NCBI GenBank assembly: GCA_050613775.1
Contig: JBODTK010000148.1
Span: 1-64,000 of the forward strand
Reading direction: 5' to 3'
Origin: Neocallimastix sp. 'constans'
Taxonomy: Eukaryota
DNA length: 64,000 nucleotides
Position numbers and translations under genes: made by a program. Under the pieces are notes generated by a model that worked only from the letters and a program-made list of their open reading frames with translations, had not been told where the DNA came from and searched no databases. Shown piece after piece: positions 13,925 through 27,869 of the stretch (position 1 is the stretch's first letter; each line of letters begins with the position of its first letter).

Positions 13925-15326
13925 TTAATTTTTTTTTTTTTTTTTTTTAACATCTTATTATTTCGTAACTTACTTTATAACTATGATTATAATAAATATT
14001 TCAATTATAATGGCTATAAGAGATAAAATAGTTAAAAATAATCCTTTTATATTTTTTGAAGAAATATAGGGACATTCAATATTTCTTTGTAAACCATCAT
14101 TATCAGTTATTTTACAATTCAAATAAGTAATATTTCGAAGTTCAGTTTGTTCATTACATTCTCCTAATTTAAATTTTATTTTATTATAACCTTTACATCG
14201 TGGAAGAAGAGTATCATCTATTATATCACAACATTCATTTATTATACTTTCAAATGTTCCCTCATTTGTTTCATTATGTTTATAGTAAAGGTGAGCAAGT
14301 AAAAGAGAAATTGGTGATTTTAATTCAAATGCATTAATTTCGGAACTATTAACAATTATTAACAATCATATATTAATATTTGTGTATTTACGAAATAATA
14401 AATAAATAAATTAAATAAATAAATAAATAATAAAATGCTTTAAAATAAATAAGAGTTTATTTTATTTATTACTTACAATGTATTATAGGGAAACTATTAC
14501 GAAAATTTATAAATGAAAAAAAAAAAAAAAAAATATTTAAAAATTTTATCAAATTATTACATTTTTATTTTTTATTTTTTATTTTTTTTTTATATTCATT
14601 TATATTTATAGTTTTACCATATTTATTTTTTAATATATGATTTTTAAAATAAAAGCGATGATTGTACTTACTTGCATAGGTTTTGCTTTTTCTAATGATT
14701 CCTGAAATATATTACATGGGTTGGTTTGATCTTTAATATCCTCCATTGATTTAAGAATAATTGTATTATTATTTTTAACAGGTAATTCTAATTTATATTT
14801 ATCTATAAAAGTAATTGTTTTTTGTTCATAGTTTGCCTTTTCTCCACATGTAAATACATCTGAAAAAAATTTACTATTTGCATCAGTAATTGAAACTTGC
14901 TTATCCTCATTAGTGACAATATGTTTTAAATAGATAATATTAGTTTTATTATTTGAAACATAATAATAAGGAAATGTTCCTTCCACATCCAAAAAAGAAT
15001 TGCAATATTCTTTCTTAGATTTTTTTTCCAATTCGTTATTACATCTAATTTAAGTAGGATTTAATAATCATAAATAATAATTCTTATTATTAAAATGAAA
15101 TAAATTATAAATAAATGTATTTAAAATATAATTAAAATAATGATAATAAAGTCATTATATTTACAAGTTTCCATATACTTTCTCATATGGCTAAATATAT
15201 TTATATATATAATAGAATAATAATATTTAATAAATAAAATTTAATTATAATATTTTTTTTTTTTTTGATTATTATATATAATTTTTATATCAAAAATAAA
15301 AATTAAAATAAAAATAAGAATATATA

Positions 15327-15365
<39 letters not shown>

Positions 15366-18300
15366 AAGGAAAAAATTGAAATTATATTTTACTGTTATAT
15401 AATTATTTAAATATTGTAGATAAGGATTTTTTCCATTAATTAAAATTTCAATATATTCAAAAAGTTCATCTGGGAATTTTGAATTTTTTGTTATGACGAT
15501 TCCTATTTATATAAATATTTTATAAATTTTAAAAATTAAATAATAAAATAAAATAAGTACGAATATTACATAAAAATATTATAAATAATACTTATATTAG
15601 AATAATAGATATTATTAAGTATTAAACATTTAATAATAATAGTATATACAAATATTATATAATAATATATATAACATTATATAAAATATTTATATATATT
15701 TATTATAAATATATATATATGTTTTTTAATAAAAATACTGTAATAACCTGAGCCTCCGAGAACTATTATTAAAATTTATTAAAAAGCATTAAAAAATAAC
15801 AAAATTTAATATCGATATTTCATTTATTTTACTTTAAAATTTAATATAATAAAAATTAAAAAAAATTTTTTTAAATACATGAAGATATGCCTGGCATATA
15901 CTGGTATAATAAATTAGACATTGAATATAAATATATATATTTATTTATAATAATTAATAATTTCCTTTCATTATTAATAAAACTAATTCATTACTAAATA
16001 TAATAATAATTTTATTATTTTATATCTTACACAATATTTTAAATCAGGTAATTCCTATTTATTTAAAAATAAATAAATAAATAAAAAAATATAATAAATT
16101 ATATATTATTAATAATAATATATAATTATTACAATAATATTTTTATATTTTAATTGCGTTAAATAATAAATATATACTTATATATAATATGTTACGTACA
16201 ATGGTTGTTAAAACATCAAAAATCAATCCATTGACATTCATGAAATTAAAATTTTTAGTCATATCAATTAAAGGAAATGTGGGTTGTTCATCAATATTTT
16301 TCGGATAAGGTGAATTTTTCCATTTATCAATTGCACTTTTATCTAGCCATTCCTCAACCTATTGTTAACATTTTATTAAGAGTACATATATTTAACAATA
16401 CCAAATATTATAAATTCGTATACTAATAATTTTGAAATATAGTTTTAATATTTTATACACATTAAATATTCTTACATAATGATTTTCAAACAACTTTTTA
16501 ACAATTGATAATTTTTTGATATATTCTGGATTATTTCTAAATCCACATTTTTTTACATCATTTTCTTCAACTATAAATGGAATTCCAAGTGATTGACAAA
16601 TAATAATAAATAACTTTGTATCTTTTTTTTTTTTTTTTTTTTTGGTTTATTTGTTCAATTGATTATAATTAATAATAATGTTAATTTATTAATATTAAAA
16701 AAAATTTTTTTAATGTATTAATATTAATATATATTATAATAATAATTTTTAATTTTTATGAATTACCTTCAGATTTTGATCCAATTATTCTAAATCCTGG
16801 ATTTCCAGTACAATTATATATAATTTCGGAATATTCAAATGCTTTTTCCCAAGTCCACTAAATATTTTTAAATAACAACATAACAACAATTTTTTAATTA
16901 GTTATTATAAGATTTTTTTATGTTTTATTTGATTTTATTTCTATTTTTATTTTTATTTTTTTTAATTAAAATTTTTATAATAATTAATTTTCTTTTCAAT
17001 TATTATTATTATATACATACCGTCTCTTTATAATTAGATCCCCTATTAATTATATTATTTTTTTTAATAAAATTTTATTTTTTTCATATATTAATATTCA
17101 TTTATTAAATTAATTAGTCAAATAAAAAATTATTACTTTGAATATTTAAAAATTACCAGAAATCGCTAAATGGCTAAATAATATGATAATTTTTATAATA
17201 ATAAAAATATTAATATATAAATATATTTCAAAGGTACATAAATTAGAAATAATAGATTTGAATTTTATTAATATTTTATTTAAAGAAATTATATATATAA
17301 AATATACTTACAGGTGGATAATGAAGGTTATATCCTTTATTTATACAATAATCAAATGTTTTTTTATTAAAACGAAGAGCTCTTAAATCTGAAATTATTG
17401 GTACCGCTAACCAATTATTATCAATGCGGTCTATATTATTAAAATATATATGCATTGTAAAATATTAATTTTATTAATTAATTTTATTACTTATGTCATT
17501 TTTTTGCTTAAGTAAATAATATATGTTTTATATTTTTATTGTAGAAATTAATCACACACAAAAAAGAAAAAAAAAAAAATATTCATACAATCATAATGAG
17601 CGTATTTATTCAACATGCTTTCTAGAGATCTTCCTTCTTTTTTGAAATAATTTCTAAAATATTTATTTAAATTCAAAGTTTCATCTTTATAATATCTATA
17701 TGAAAACTGTTTTATTTCCATTATTTTATAGTATTATGTAATAATATAAATATATTATTATATTTATATTATTCATTATAATATTTATTTTCAAATTTAT
17801 AAATATTAATATTATTTTTTTTACTATATTGAATTATATATAATAAATAAATAATGAGGATATAAAAAAAAAAATAATTTTATTTTATTTACTTGAGTTG
17901 TTCCAAGAATAATTAAATCAGGACATAATTGTTTATTCTCTGGATCATCACAATTAATTTTTTCACTTACATTTTTATCCCTATATAATATTATTATAAA
18001 TATAATATTTCATAATAAATAAATTATATATATATATAAAAGTAATAAATAAACATATAAACATATAAAATATAATATAAAATAATATATTAATTAATAA
18101 TTTAATAATTAAAGACTATATAATATATTTTTTAATGGTTTTTTTTTTTTTTTTTTTTTTTTTTTGTTTGTTTGTTTCATTATTTATTAACTCCTTAATT
18201 TATTTATTTCTATTACATATTATTATTTAATTTATTTTTATTATTTTATTATTTTAATGTTTATTTAAATTTACTAAAACAAATATAAAAATCAAATATG

Positions 18301-18922
18301 TATACCATCCAACGGCTTCAACTCTTAAACAAAACCTTTTTCCTTTTTTTTTTTGTTGATTATACCACAAAGGAAAAGCATCCATATATATTACTGATGA
18401 ATAAATTTCATTATAATTTGCTGTATTCCAAAAAACAATTGTATTTTTATTATCTTCTGGTAGATTCATATCTTCTTCACTACATACTATTGCCGTTTTA
18501 ATATTTAGTCTTTATTAAATATATAAATTTTCATTACAATTATTATTAATATATATAATAATAATTTTAATGAAATTTAAAAGTTTTTAAATATATTATT
18601 ATCACTCTCTCTTAATATTCTATTTATTTAAATATATATATATATATTTATATTTATAACTTTTGAAAATTTATTATAACAATAATTTTAATTATTTTTG
18701 ATAAACAGCATACGTATTATGTATTTTGTAATGATCCACATATTCTCCACGTTGCACATCATATTCTAGCAAATATCGAACATTTAAATTGTCATTAGGA
18801 TCATAAAGGTCCATAATAAAACTAGTTGTAAAATTACTGTTATTATTTTGACCATTACATAATATTATAAAAAAAAATAAAAATAATAAATATATAAAAT
18901 TTTGATGTACTTTTTTTCTCAT
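12428..18922 (-). CDS. Receptor A: SBP(family 1)-like ectodomain fused to a class C-type 7TM (GPCR-like), ~23 exons
   Basis: ATG at 18922 with a signal peptide. GT-AG spliced exons give CPDLIILGTTQ, WLAVPIISDLRALRFNKKTF..G..YPP, WTWEKAFEY and YMPGISSFLGGSGIVI (SBP motifs), a Cys-rich linker, then seven hydrophobic segments with SGFEFL, KCILKIW and RGRNIPSEFNYSKKIF. TAA at 12430-12428. Confidence 0.85.
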
Positions 18923-19349
18923 TTTAATATAAAATAAGAAAAATTGGAAAAATATATAATTTAACATATAATTGCTAATTTTAATTAAATTATCTTTTTT
19001 AATAGAACAAAAAAAACTTTTTAATTTTTCATTTATTTTTTAATTGTAAAATTTATATAAATTGTTTTTTTGTTTTTAAAAGATTTTTTAAAACATTTAT
19101 TTTTTATATAAATATTTAACAAATTAAATATTTATTTTTACAATATTTTTATTAATAAATCATTATATTTAAAGTTTATATTATCTACAAATATATATAA
19201 ATAAAGTTTTAAAAAGGAATTTAAAATATATAAAAAATTAAAGTATGATTAATAATAATTAGTAATTTTTTTTTTAAAAAATAAAATAAAATATAATAAT
19301 ATAAAATAAAAATATAAAAGTATTTTATGAAATTAAATAAAACCAAAAA

Positions 19350-19563
19350 TATTAACAGTCTAATATTTATGGTTAGTAATTATGTCAACTTTATTAATAT
19401 ATTTTATATTTGTTACTCAATAATTACTCAAAGTATAATTCTTATGAGTTTACATGTATTTATATGAATAATATGTGGCTCACATAATTAATTTAATACA
19501 ATACGTGTCAATACATTATAAATACATTTGACACTTATTTCATATATTTCACATATTCTAACA
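19350..19563 (-). mobile_element. Solo LTR (minus strand) of the same family as the 39.2-41.1 kb element
   Basis: Reverse complement reads TGTTAGAATATGTGAAAT...CAAATGTATT...AGCCACA...AATATATTAATAAAGTTGACATAATTA...GACTGTTAA, colinear with the LTR starting at 40899. Confidence 0.75.
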
Positions 19564-19857
19564 GGGCATTTCTCCAGGTTGCATTTCGCCAGTGGCGTAG
19601 TATTGAAATGTTGCATATCACCAAGTTGCATTTCTCTAAGTGGAGTATTGATATAAATAAATGATTAAATAAATAAATATTAATTCAAAATAATTTTTTT
19701 AACTTGTTTTTATTCAATATTAATAATATTTAATTTTATTTATTGATTTATTAATTTATTTACTAATTTTCAACTTGGCGAAATGCCACATTTTTTTATA
19801 GGCCACATGCTTTAAAAAATTGGCGAAATGCGACCTGACAAAATGCAATTTGACAAA
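19564..19857. mobile_element. MITE-like element with imperfect, internally repeated terminal inverted repeats
   Basis: Left CAGGTTGCATTTCGCCA versus right TGGCGAAATGCGACCTG. The GCATTTCGCCA-like motif recurs in both arms around an AT-rich centre. Confidence 0.6.
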
Positions 19858-19994
19858 TGTTAGAATGCCCCACTCGGGCCAATCTAATATTCTTGAAGCA
19901 CTTGGTGGCTTTAAGTGCTCAATACACCTGTTTTAATTAATAATAAATATAAAGTTGATATAAACCTCATAACCAAAACTCAGGACACCTAACA
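19858..19994 (+). mobile_element. Short solo LTR-like element
   Basis: TGTTAG...CTAACA termini (6-bp inverted ends) and ATAAAGTTGATATAA shared with the LTR family. Confidence 0.55.
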
Positions 19995-21259
19995 AAAAAT
20001 AAGAAAATAATTACATAATTAATTACTAATAATTTTATTTTAATTTATATATTTTCTCTTGTTTATGAATAAAAATATTAAATCTTTATTGCTTTTCAGT
20101 AGTATTTATATTTGTATTATATATATATTAATTATATAATATATGAAACTATATGACATTTTTACAAAATATTATGTTTAGTTTATATTAATTCATATAT
20201 TTAGGTAAAAGAAACTATATATATAGAATGAAAAAGTATTACCAATAATAGTATATAATAATTTAATTACAATTAATATTTTTTTTATATATTCATTAAT
20301 ATCGAAACTTTAAAAAAATTTCAATATTATAATTCTTATTTCATATAAATTAAATTATGTTTAATAATTAACATATTATTAGAGTTAGAAGTAGTAATAG
20401 TCTGTATCAAAATAAAAATAAAAATATTTAAATATCACAAAAAATTTAAAAATGTTTTATTATAACAAATTTGTTTTATTGTAAACTTTTATTAATTTAT
20501 TTATTTATTAATGATTTAATTTTACATTAAAATAATAATAATAATTTAAAGATGATTGTTAAATCAAAAATAAATATAAATACTAATCTAAATAATATGA
20601 AAAAAATAATATTATATATTAATTATAAAATTTAAAAACAAAGAAAGTGTTTATATCTATTTATATATTTTTAAAAGAATTAAATAATAAAAGAGATAAA
20701 AAGAAATGAAAGGAAATAAAAGAAGATTATTTATTTAAGAGTTTATTATTTACAAGATTATATTCAAGTTAATTTTCAAATTTATTTAATAGTTTATTAT
20801 TAGAAATGAATAGAATTAAATATATGTTTTTATTAAACTTTAATTATAGAATTGATATGGAAAAGGAAATATTTTTACTATATTTTAGAATATTATTGAA
20901 TAAGTTTTGTTATTAGTAATAATTGATAGTTTGTTTATTATTTTATTTATTATTTATTTTTATTATTTAGATTTTATTTTATAGAAATAACTAGAATCTA
21001 TAAAGTAAGTTTATGTTTACAATTAAGGTAAAATTTAATTATATTTATTTTTTTTTTTTTATTTCTTTTTTATTATTTCTTTTTATTTTTTTTATGATAA
21101 TATAAATAATATGGAATATTAATTAATCAATAATACATTCTACAATTTATTATTGTATGAAAAACAAATACTCTAATTGTTTTAATGTTTCATGTATTCA
21201 TATATATATATATATATATATATGTATTAATTACTAAAATTTGGTACTAAATTATTAAA

Positions 21260-23135
21260 TTAATAATTTATCGATTTAGTGACTCTTAAATTGGAGTTGT
21301 TATTATTTATATTATTGACCATTATTATTGATTTAAATTTAAATTTATTTTCATTGAGTGTTTTATATAATTTTGGTATAATAAATATCACATTAATGAT
21401 TAATGAAAAAATAATCATTAATATTAAAAAGAAAGCATAACCTCTTTTTATATTATAAAATATACATAAATAGTATAAAGTCATCTTTATATGTATATAT
21501 AGTAAAATAATTTTAAAATATAAAAATGTAATAATAATTTATAAATTAATATTTGATTAAAATTTTGAATATATTTTTTTGTTTCATTTAAGACTTACAA
21601 TAAATAATGATAGTAATGAAGAAATGAATATTTCCTTTGACTGCAAATAAATAAATAAATATATAAATAAATAAATAAATAATTTTATAATTACTATAAT
21701 TATAATAATTATATATTAATTACTTCATTAAACTCTTTAGGTACTTTTATTGTTATTTATATAATTTTTCATAGTGAAAAAATATGTTTTACAAAAAAAA
21801 ATTTGGATTAATTAATATTATAATAAATGATATTATATACTAAAATATTATTTCTAATATATATTTAATTTGAATAAGAAGAGAAAATATATTTTTATTT
21901 TATATTTACTATTTCTTCCTCGATATGAAGTATATATTGAAAATATTAATAAACTATATGAAATATATATTATTAATTTTAAAAGAGTTTTATTTCCATA
22001 TGAACACACTTCATTATTAAAATTTCCAATCTTCTCTAAATATTCTATTCTATTTTCAATTCCATTTTTATATAATATCCATATACATAATAATATTATC
22101 TGAGTAAACGAAATTCCTAAATATAAAAAATAGGTCTTGTATTTATAGTTTATGCTTTTTAAATTATTATTATAATATATTGATATAATATATTCAGATT
22201 TAATTGAATATATACATGTCAAACCATTCATCTTTAATTTTTTTATTTATATATTATATAGAAGTTTAAAATTGGATATGGATCAATAATTTGACAATAT
22301 ATAGATAAAATAAAAAATATAATAATATTTTTTTTAAATTTTATTTACACTAATTAGCATTAATGATATTCGTAAAATACATTTGTATTTATCAATAGGC
22401 CCAATCCAAAAATAAATTGAAATACTTAATAGCATACTTAAAAAAATAAAAGTAAGTATATATTTTAATCCGGAAGCATATATATCCCGTTCATTACGTT
22501 TACTGTGATATTAATTAATTTTAATTATATAAACAATAATATTGTATTAAAAATATAAGAAAATAGATTTATTAATTAATATTATTTTATTTTTTCTTAT
22601 AATAAAATTAATGTTTTTAACAATAATATAAAATAAGAATATTGGATCTAAAAATTATTAAAATATTACATTATTACTAGTATAAAAAGTACTAATTCAA
22701 TAAATAGACTTATAATTATTGATATTTCTATAATTAATCCAAGATAATTAAAATTAGGTATGTATAAGCAATCTACAAATTCTGGAATGCTATCATCCAA
22801 CTTACAATTTTTATAAGATATTGACATTTTATTTGTTTTTTCATTACATTCTCCAAATTCAAATATAATATTAGAACTATCTTTACAATATGGAAATAAA
22901 ATATTATCAATAGTATCACAGGTGTCATTAATAATACCTTCAAATGTATCATTTGAATTTTTTAAATTAAATAGACGTTTGAATAAATTATGAATTGAAG
23001 AATCCTTTTCTAAATTACTAATCTCATAACTTTGTTATTATAAGTATTTTTATGTATTGATATTAAATATGTTCAATTTATTTAATTTTAATATATTTAT
23101 ATATTATATTAATTATATATAGAATTTCTTTAAAT

Positions 23136-23168
<33 letters not shown>

Positions 23169-24593
23169 TTATTTATTTTTTCATTTATCTATTTTTTTTT
23201 AATGCTATAATACCTACAAGTTATTATATGGAAACTATAAAAAAAATTTTTTTAAATAGTATTATTTAATAGTATTATAATTAATTAAATAATTTTTATT
23301 AGATTTCATAAAAATAATATCTTAGTAAATTTAATAAATATAATTTTATAATTTTTAATATATAAATAATTTACTTGTATAGGCTTTGATTTTTGAAACG
23401 AATCTTCAAATATTTGACATATCATTTCTGTATTTTGTTCATAAAGATTATCAATATCGTTCATTGATTTTAAAATTATTGTTTTATTGTAATTTATTGG
23501 TAATTCAATTCTATATTCATCATAATATGTAATAAAATTTTTATTGAAATCTGCCTGATTTTCACAAGTATAATTTAAATTATTTTGAAATGTTTCATTA
23601 AAAATTCCAGAATTCAAGTTATTATCTATATTAATTGATATTCCTCTATTTGAATTGATAGATATATGAGATAAATAAATTATATTTATTATATTATTAT
23701 ACATGTAATAGTAAGGATATGTTCCATTGGATTTAAGAAATGAAATGCAGCTATCTCTTTTTGAAATACTATTAATACTTTTAATTTTATTGTTTTTACA
23801 ACTATGTTTTATATAATTAATAAATCTATTAAATAAGCAATTATAAAATATAATATGAAAAATTAATTTTTTTAATGAATTTATAATTTACTTAAGTGGT
23901 GGATGATTTTCATAAGGCTAGATATTTATATATATATATATATAATAATTATCAATAGATTTTATATGATTAATATAAAAATATAAGAAATTATTTAGTT
24001 CATTTGAATCAATTAAATTATATTTTTAATCATACAGTCATTTCTGTATTAAGATCATTAACGAAAGTGTAGTTTTCATTTATTAATACTTCAATGAATT
24101 CAAATGATTCATCTGGAAATTTTGATTCATTTGTTATTACAATACCTTAAATAAATTTTAGCGGTTTGTTCTTTTTTTTTTTTATTTTTTAAAAAAATAT
24201 TTATGTAATTATACCTGTACCACCAAGAACTATTATATACAATTACAATAATTTATTACTTATTATATATTATTATAAAATATATATTTATAATTAAATT
24301 TTTTATATTATAATTACATGATGAATATCCAGGCAAATACTAAGTTATTATTAATAATTAAATATATTAAAATAAATATTAAATAAAATTTTAGTAAATT
24401 AATAAAATGTTTTTAGTAAAAATCAGAAAAAAGGAAGTTATATAATTAATATATTACAGAATATTTGATATCTTCAAATTTCTTTAGATAATTATAAATT
24501 ATTTAAAAATGGTATAAATCAAATTTTATTAAATTAATGAAATTAAAATAAAAAAAAAAAAATTTAAATAATATTTAAATATAATTTAAAAAA

Positions 24594-24665
<72 letters not shown>

Positions 24666-25853
24666 ATATATATATAACATACTGTATTAAATAAAGAATC
24701 ATAAATTATTCCATTTATTTGTGGAATATCTGCAGAGTTAGACTCATTATTATTGGTTATATTTAATTTATCATTTGCTATTTCGAAATTTTGATCATGT
24801 CTTTTATTTTTAAAAGGACTTATACTCATTGGTAATTCCATCTTTTAATAAATGGAGTAAGCATGATATTAAATATATATTTATATATGTATATATATTT
24901 ATTAAAAAATATAATTATTAAAACTAAAATTTAGCAAAAATATATTTAGTATTTTTTTATATATACATAATTATTTTCAATAAGATATTTTAAGATATAT
25001 AATTTTTTTATATTTTCATCTCCTCTAAATCCACAGGTTTTAATTTTTAATTCATCATTTTCCATTAAAAAAGGAATATTTAATGATTGACAGAGAGTAA
25101 CAAAGAATTTCAAATCTTCAGATTAAAGTTAATATAATTATAATAGTTGTAATTATATTAATATCATTATTAATAAATAATAATAAATAATAATAATAAT
25201 AATAATAAGACCAAAAAAATATACATTAATTAAATTAACCTTCATTAATTTCTTTCAAAAATAACTTAAAACCAGGATATCCTGTACATTTAGTGATAGT
25301 TTCTGCGTATTCAAATACTTTTTCCCAAGTCCACTAGATATTTAATATTTTGATTAATGTTTTATAATTTTTTTTTTTTAAAAAGAAATATATATATATT
25401 TTAAACTTTTAATTTTATATTTTATAATATGTACTCTCGATTTATAATTAGATCCCCTTTGAATTACATCAAAAAATTAATTCAAATTAATTTTATATAT
25501 TAGTATTAATATATTAAAATAAATATATTATTAAAAAAAAAATTGTAATTTTACCAATAGTTATCCATAGGCTATTGAAATTAAGTAAAATTGTATATTT
25601 TTTAGTATATAACTTTATCATAATATTTATATTTTGTTTCTATTAAAATAAATATCATAACTGTTAAAAAAACATATTCATAATATATTAACGTACAGGA
25701 GGATAATGGAGATTATATCCTTTACTAATACAATAATCAAATGTTGTTAAATTGAATCTTAGTATTCTAAAATCAGTAATTAATGGAACTGCTAACCATT
25801 TGTTATCAATTCGATCTATATTAATATAAATTTCATTATTTATTATTTTTTAA

Positions 25854-25896
<43 letters not shown>

Positions 25897-26858
25897 GAAT
25901 AATTTTTTAAAACTTATTTTTTAATGATTATTATTTATAATTAAAACGAACAATCATAAAAAATATATTTATTTAAGATACTCTCAAAAGATTTTCCAAT
26001 TTTTAATGAATATTTTTGAAAATATTTATTCAAATCCAATGTTTCACCCTTAAAATATCTATGCGTTAGCTGTAAAGATAATTAATAAACTTTGAATATG
26101 TTCATGTTCAAATTAAATAGTAAATTATTAATTTTTTTTTATAATATGATAATTAATCTTACTTGAGTAGTACCAAGTACTATTAAATCAGGACAATCAA
26201 TTGATTTATCTTGATTTTTGCAAATTTCTTTATAAGTATTATTATACCTATATGAACGTTTTTTTTTTTTTTTTAAAAAAAAATATTATATTATTATTTA
26301 TTAATTATTAATATATATATATATATATATTAACATCATTACCATCCAACCGAATCAATTCTTAAGCAAAAAGGTTTATTTCTCTTTTTTTTCATTTGGT
26401 CCAACCAAATTGGAAATGCGTTAGCATATAAAATTGATGAATAAAAAAAATCATATCCAGAGGTATTCCATAATACTAATATATCCTTTTCTGTATCACT
26501 TTTTTCCATATCTTCTTCAAAACATATTATTGCATATTTTACTTCTGGTCTTTATTTTAAAAATGAAAATAATAATAAAAAGTATTTTTAAATTAATAAT
26601 AAAGTTTTGTAAAATAATTTTACATTCCTTTACATACAAATCTTCATAATATTCATAATTATCAAATTTACTAGTCTTGTAATTATAATTTAGATAATGT
26701 CTTTCCTTTAGACTATCGTCTTTATCATATGTTTCCATAACAAATTTTGATTTATTCTCATTATTTGTAATTGATAGATTTAAGCATATTCTAATATTAA
26801 TGAAAATAACAATAATAAATAAAATATGCCTATTTAAAATATTAGATATATTTTTCAT
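21260..26858 (-). CDS. Receptor B: tandem paralogue of receptor A (SBP-like ectodomain + class C-type 7TM), ~23 exons
   Basis: ATG at 26858 with a signal peptide. Spliced exons give CPDLIVLGTTQ, WLAVPLITDFRILRFN, WTWEKVFEY, YLPGYSSFLGGTGIVI, a Cys linker, and a 7TM region with RGRNIPKEFNESKEIF and TM7 FIIPKLY. Intron positions match receptor A. Confidence 0.85.
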
Positions 26859-27008
26859 TTTTAATTTTTAAAATATATATATATTTAAAAGGTTATAACT
26901 ATACAATAATTATTAAATAAATAATTTTACTATTTTTTGTTAATTTTTTAATTATAATATAAAAAGATATCAAATTTTATAAAAATTATAAAATAAAGAA
27001 ATATTTAA

Positions 27009-27327
27009 ATATTAGAACTTCCAATAATTAATAAGTTTAATAAAAATATTATTAATTAAAATTTTTTCTTAATATATTTTTTTTTTGGTAATTATTCTGA
27101 AAAAATTTTATAAATATATTTTTTAAAATATTTTTTATTATTAAACTTTTATAATGATTATGAGTAATGTGGATATTAGAACTTCCAATAATTAATAAGT
27201 TTAATAAAAATATTATTAATTAAAATTTTTTCTTAATATATTTTTTTTTGGTAATTATTTTGAAAAAATTTTATAAATATATTTTTTAAAATATTTTTTA
27301 TTATTAAACTTTTTTAATGATTATGAT
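27009..27327. repeat. Near-perfect 164-bp tandem duplication upstream of receptor B
   Basis: ATTAGAACTTCCAATAATTAATAAG starts at 27011 and 27175, and the following ~150 bp are nearly identical. Confidence 0.9.
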
Positions 27328-27869
27328 TAATATAGAAATGTTATATATAACTTTGTTTTTTAAAATCATTTCATATTTTATTTAAAAAAAAAAAAAAAAA
27401 AAACTTCAAATTGAAATATTTATATCTTTTTCTATATTAGTTTTATCAATATTATGATCAGAGCATTGAAAATTTTATATTTTTTTTTTTTTTTTTTTTT
27501 TGAATTAAAAAATATAAAAATAATAGAATAATAATATTGATTATTTTATTCAAATTATATATTCAATTGTATTTTTTTTTTTAAATATTACTTACTGGAT
27601 TAATTGTAACATAGTGGATTTTTTTTTACTATATATTTTTTTATTTTCCTTTTAAAACTTTTCAAAATTTAATATAATTAAAATTTGATTTTAATATTTT
27701 AATATTTTAATATTTTAAAAATTTTTAAGTGTTCTAATTTTTTTATAATTTAAAAAAATAAATTTTTTGGTTATTTTAATATATTATATATTGAAATTTT
27801 ACAATTTAATTTTACTATATGTGTAAATTATTTAAAAATTGAAATTAAAATTAGTAAAATTTAATAAAC

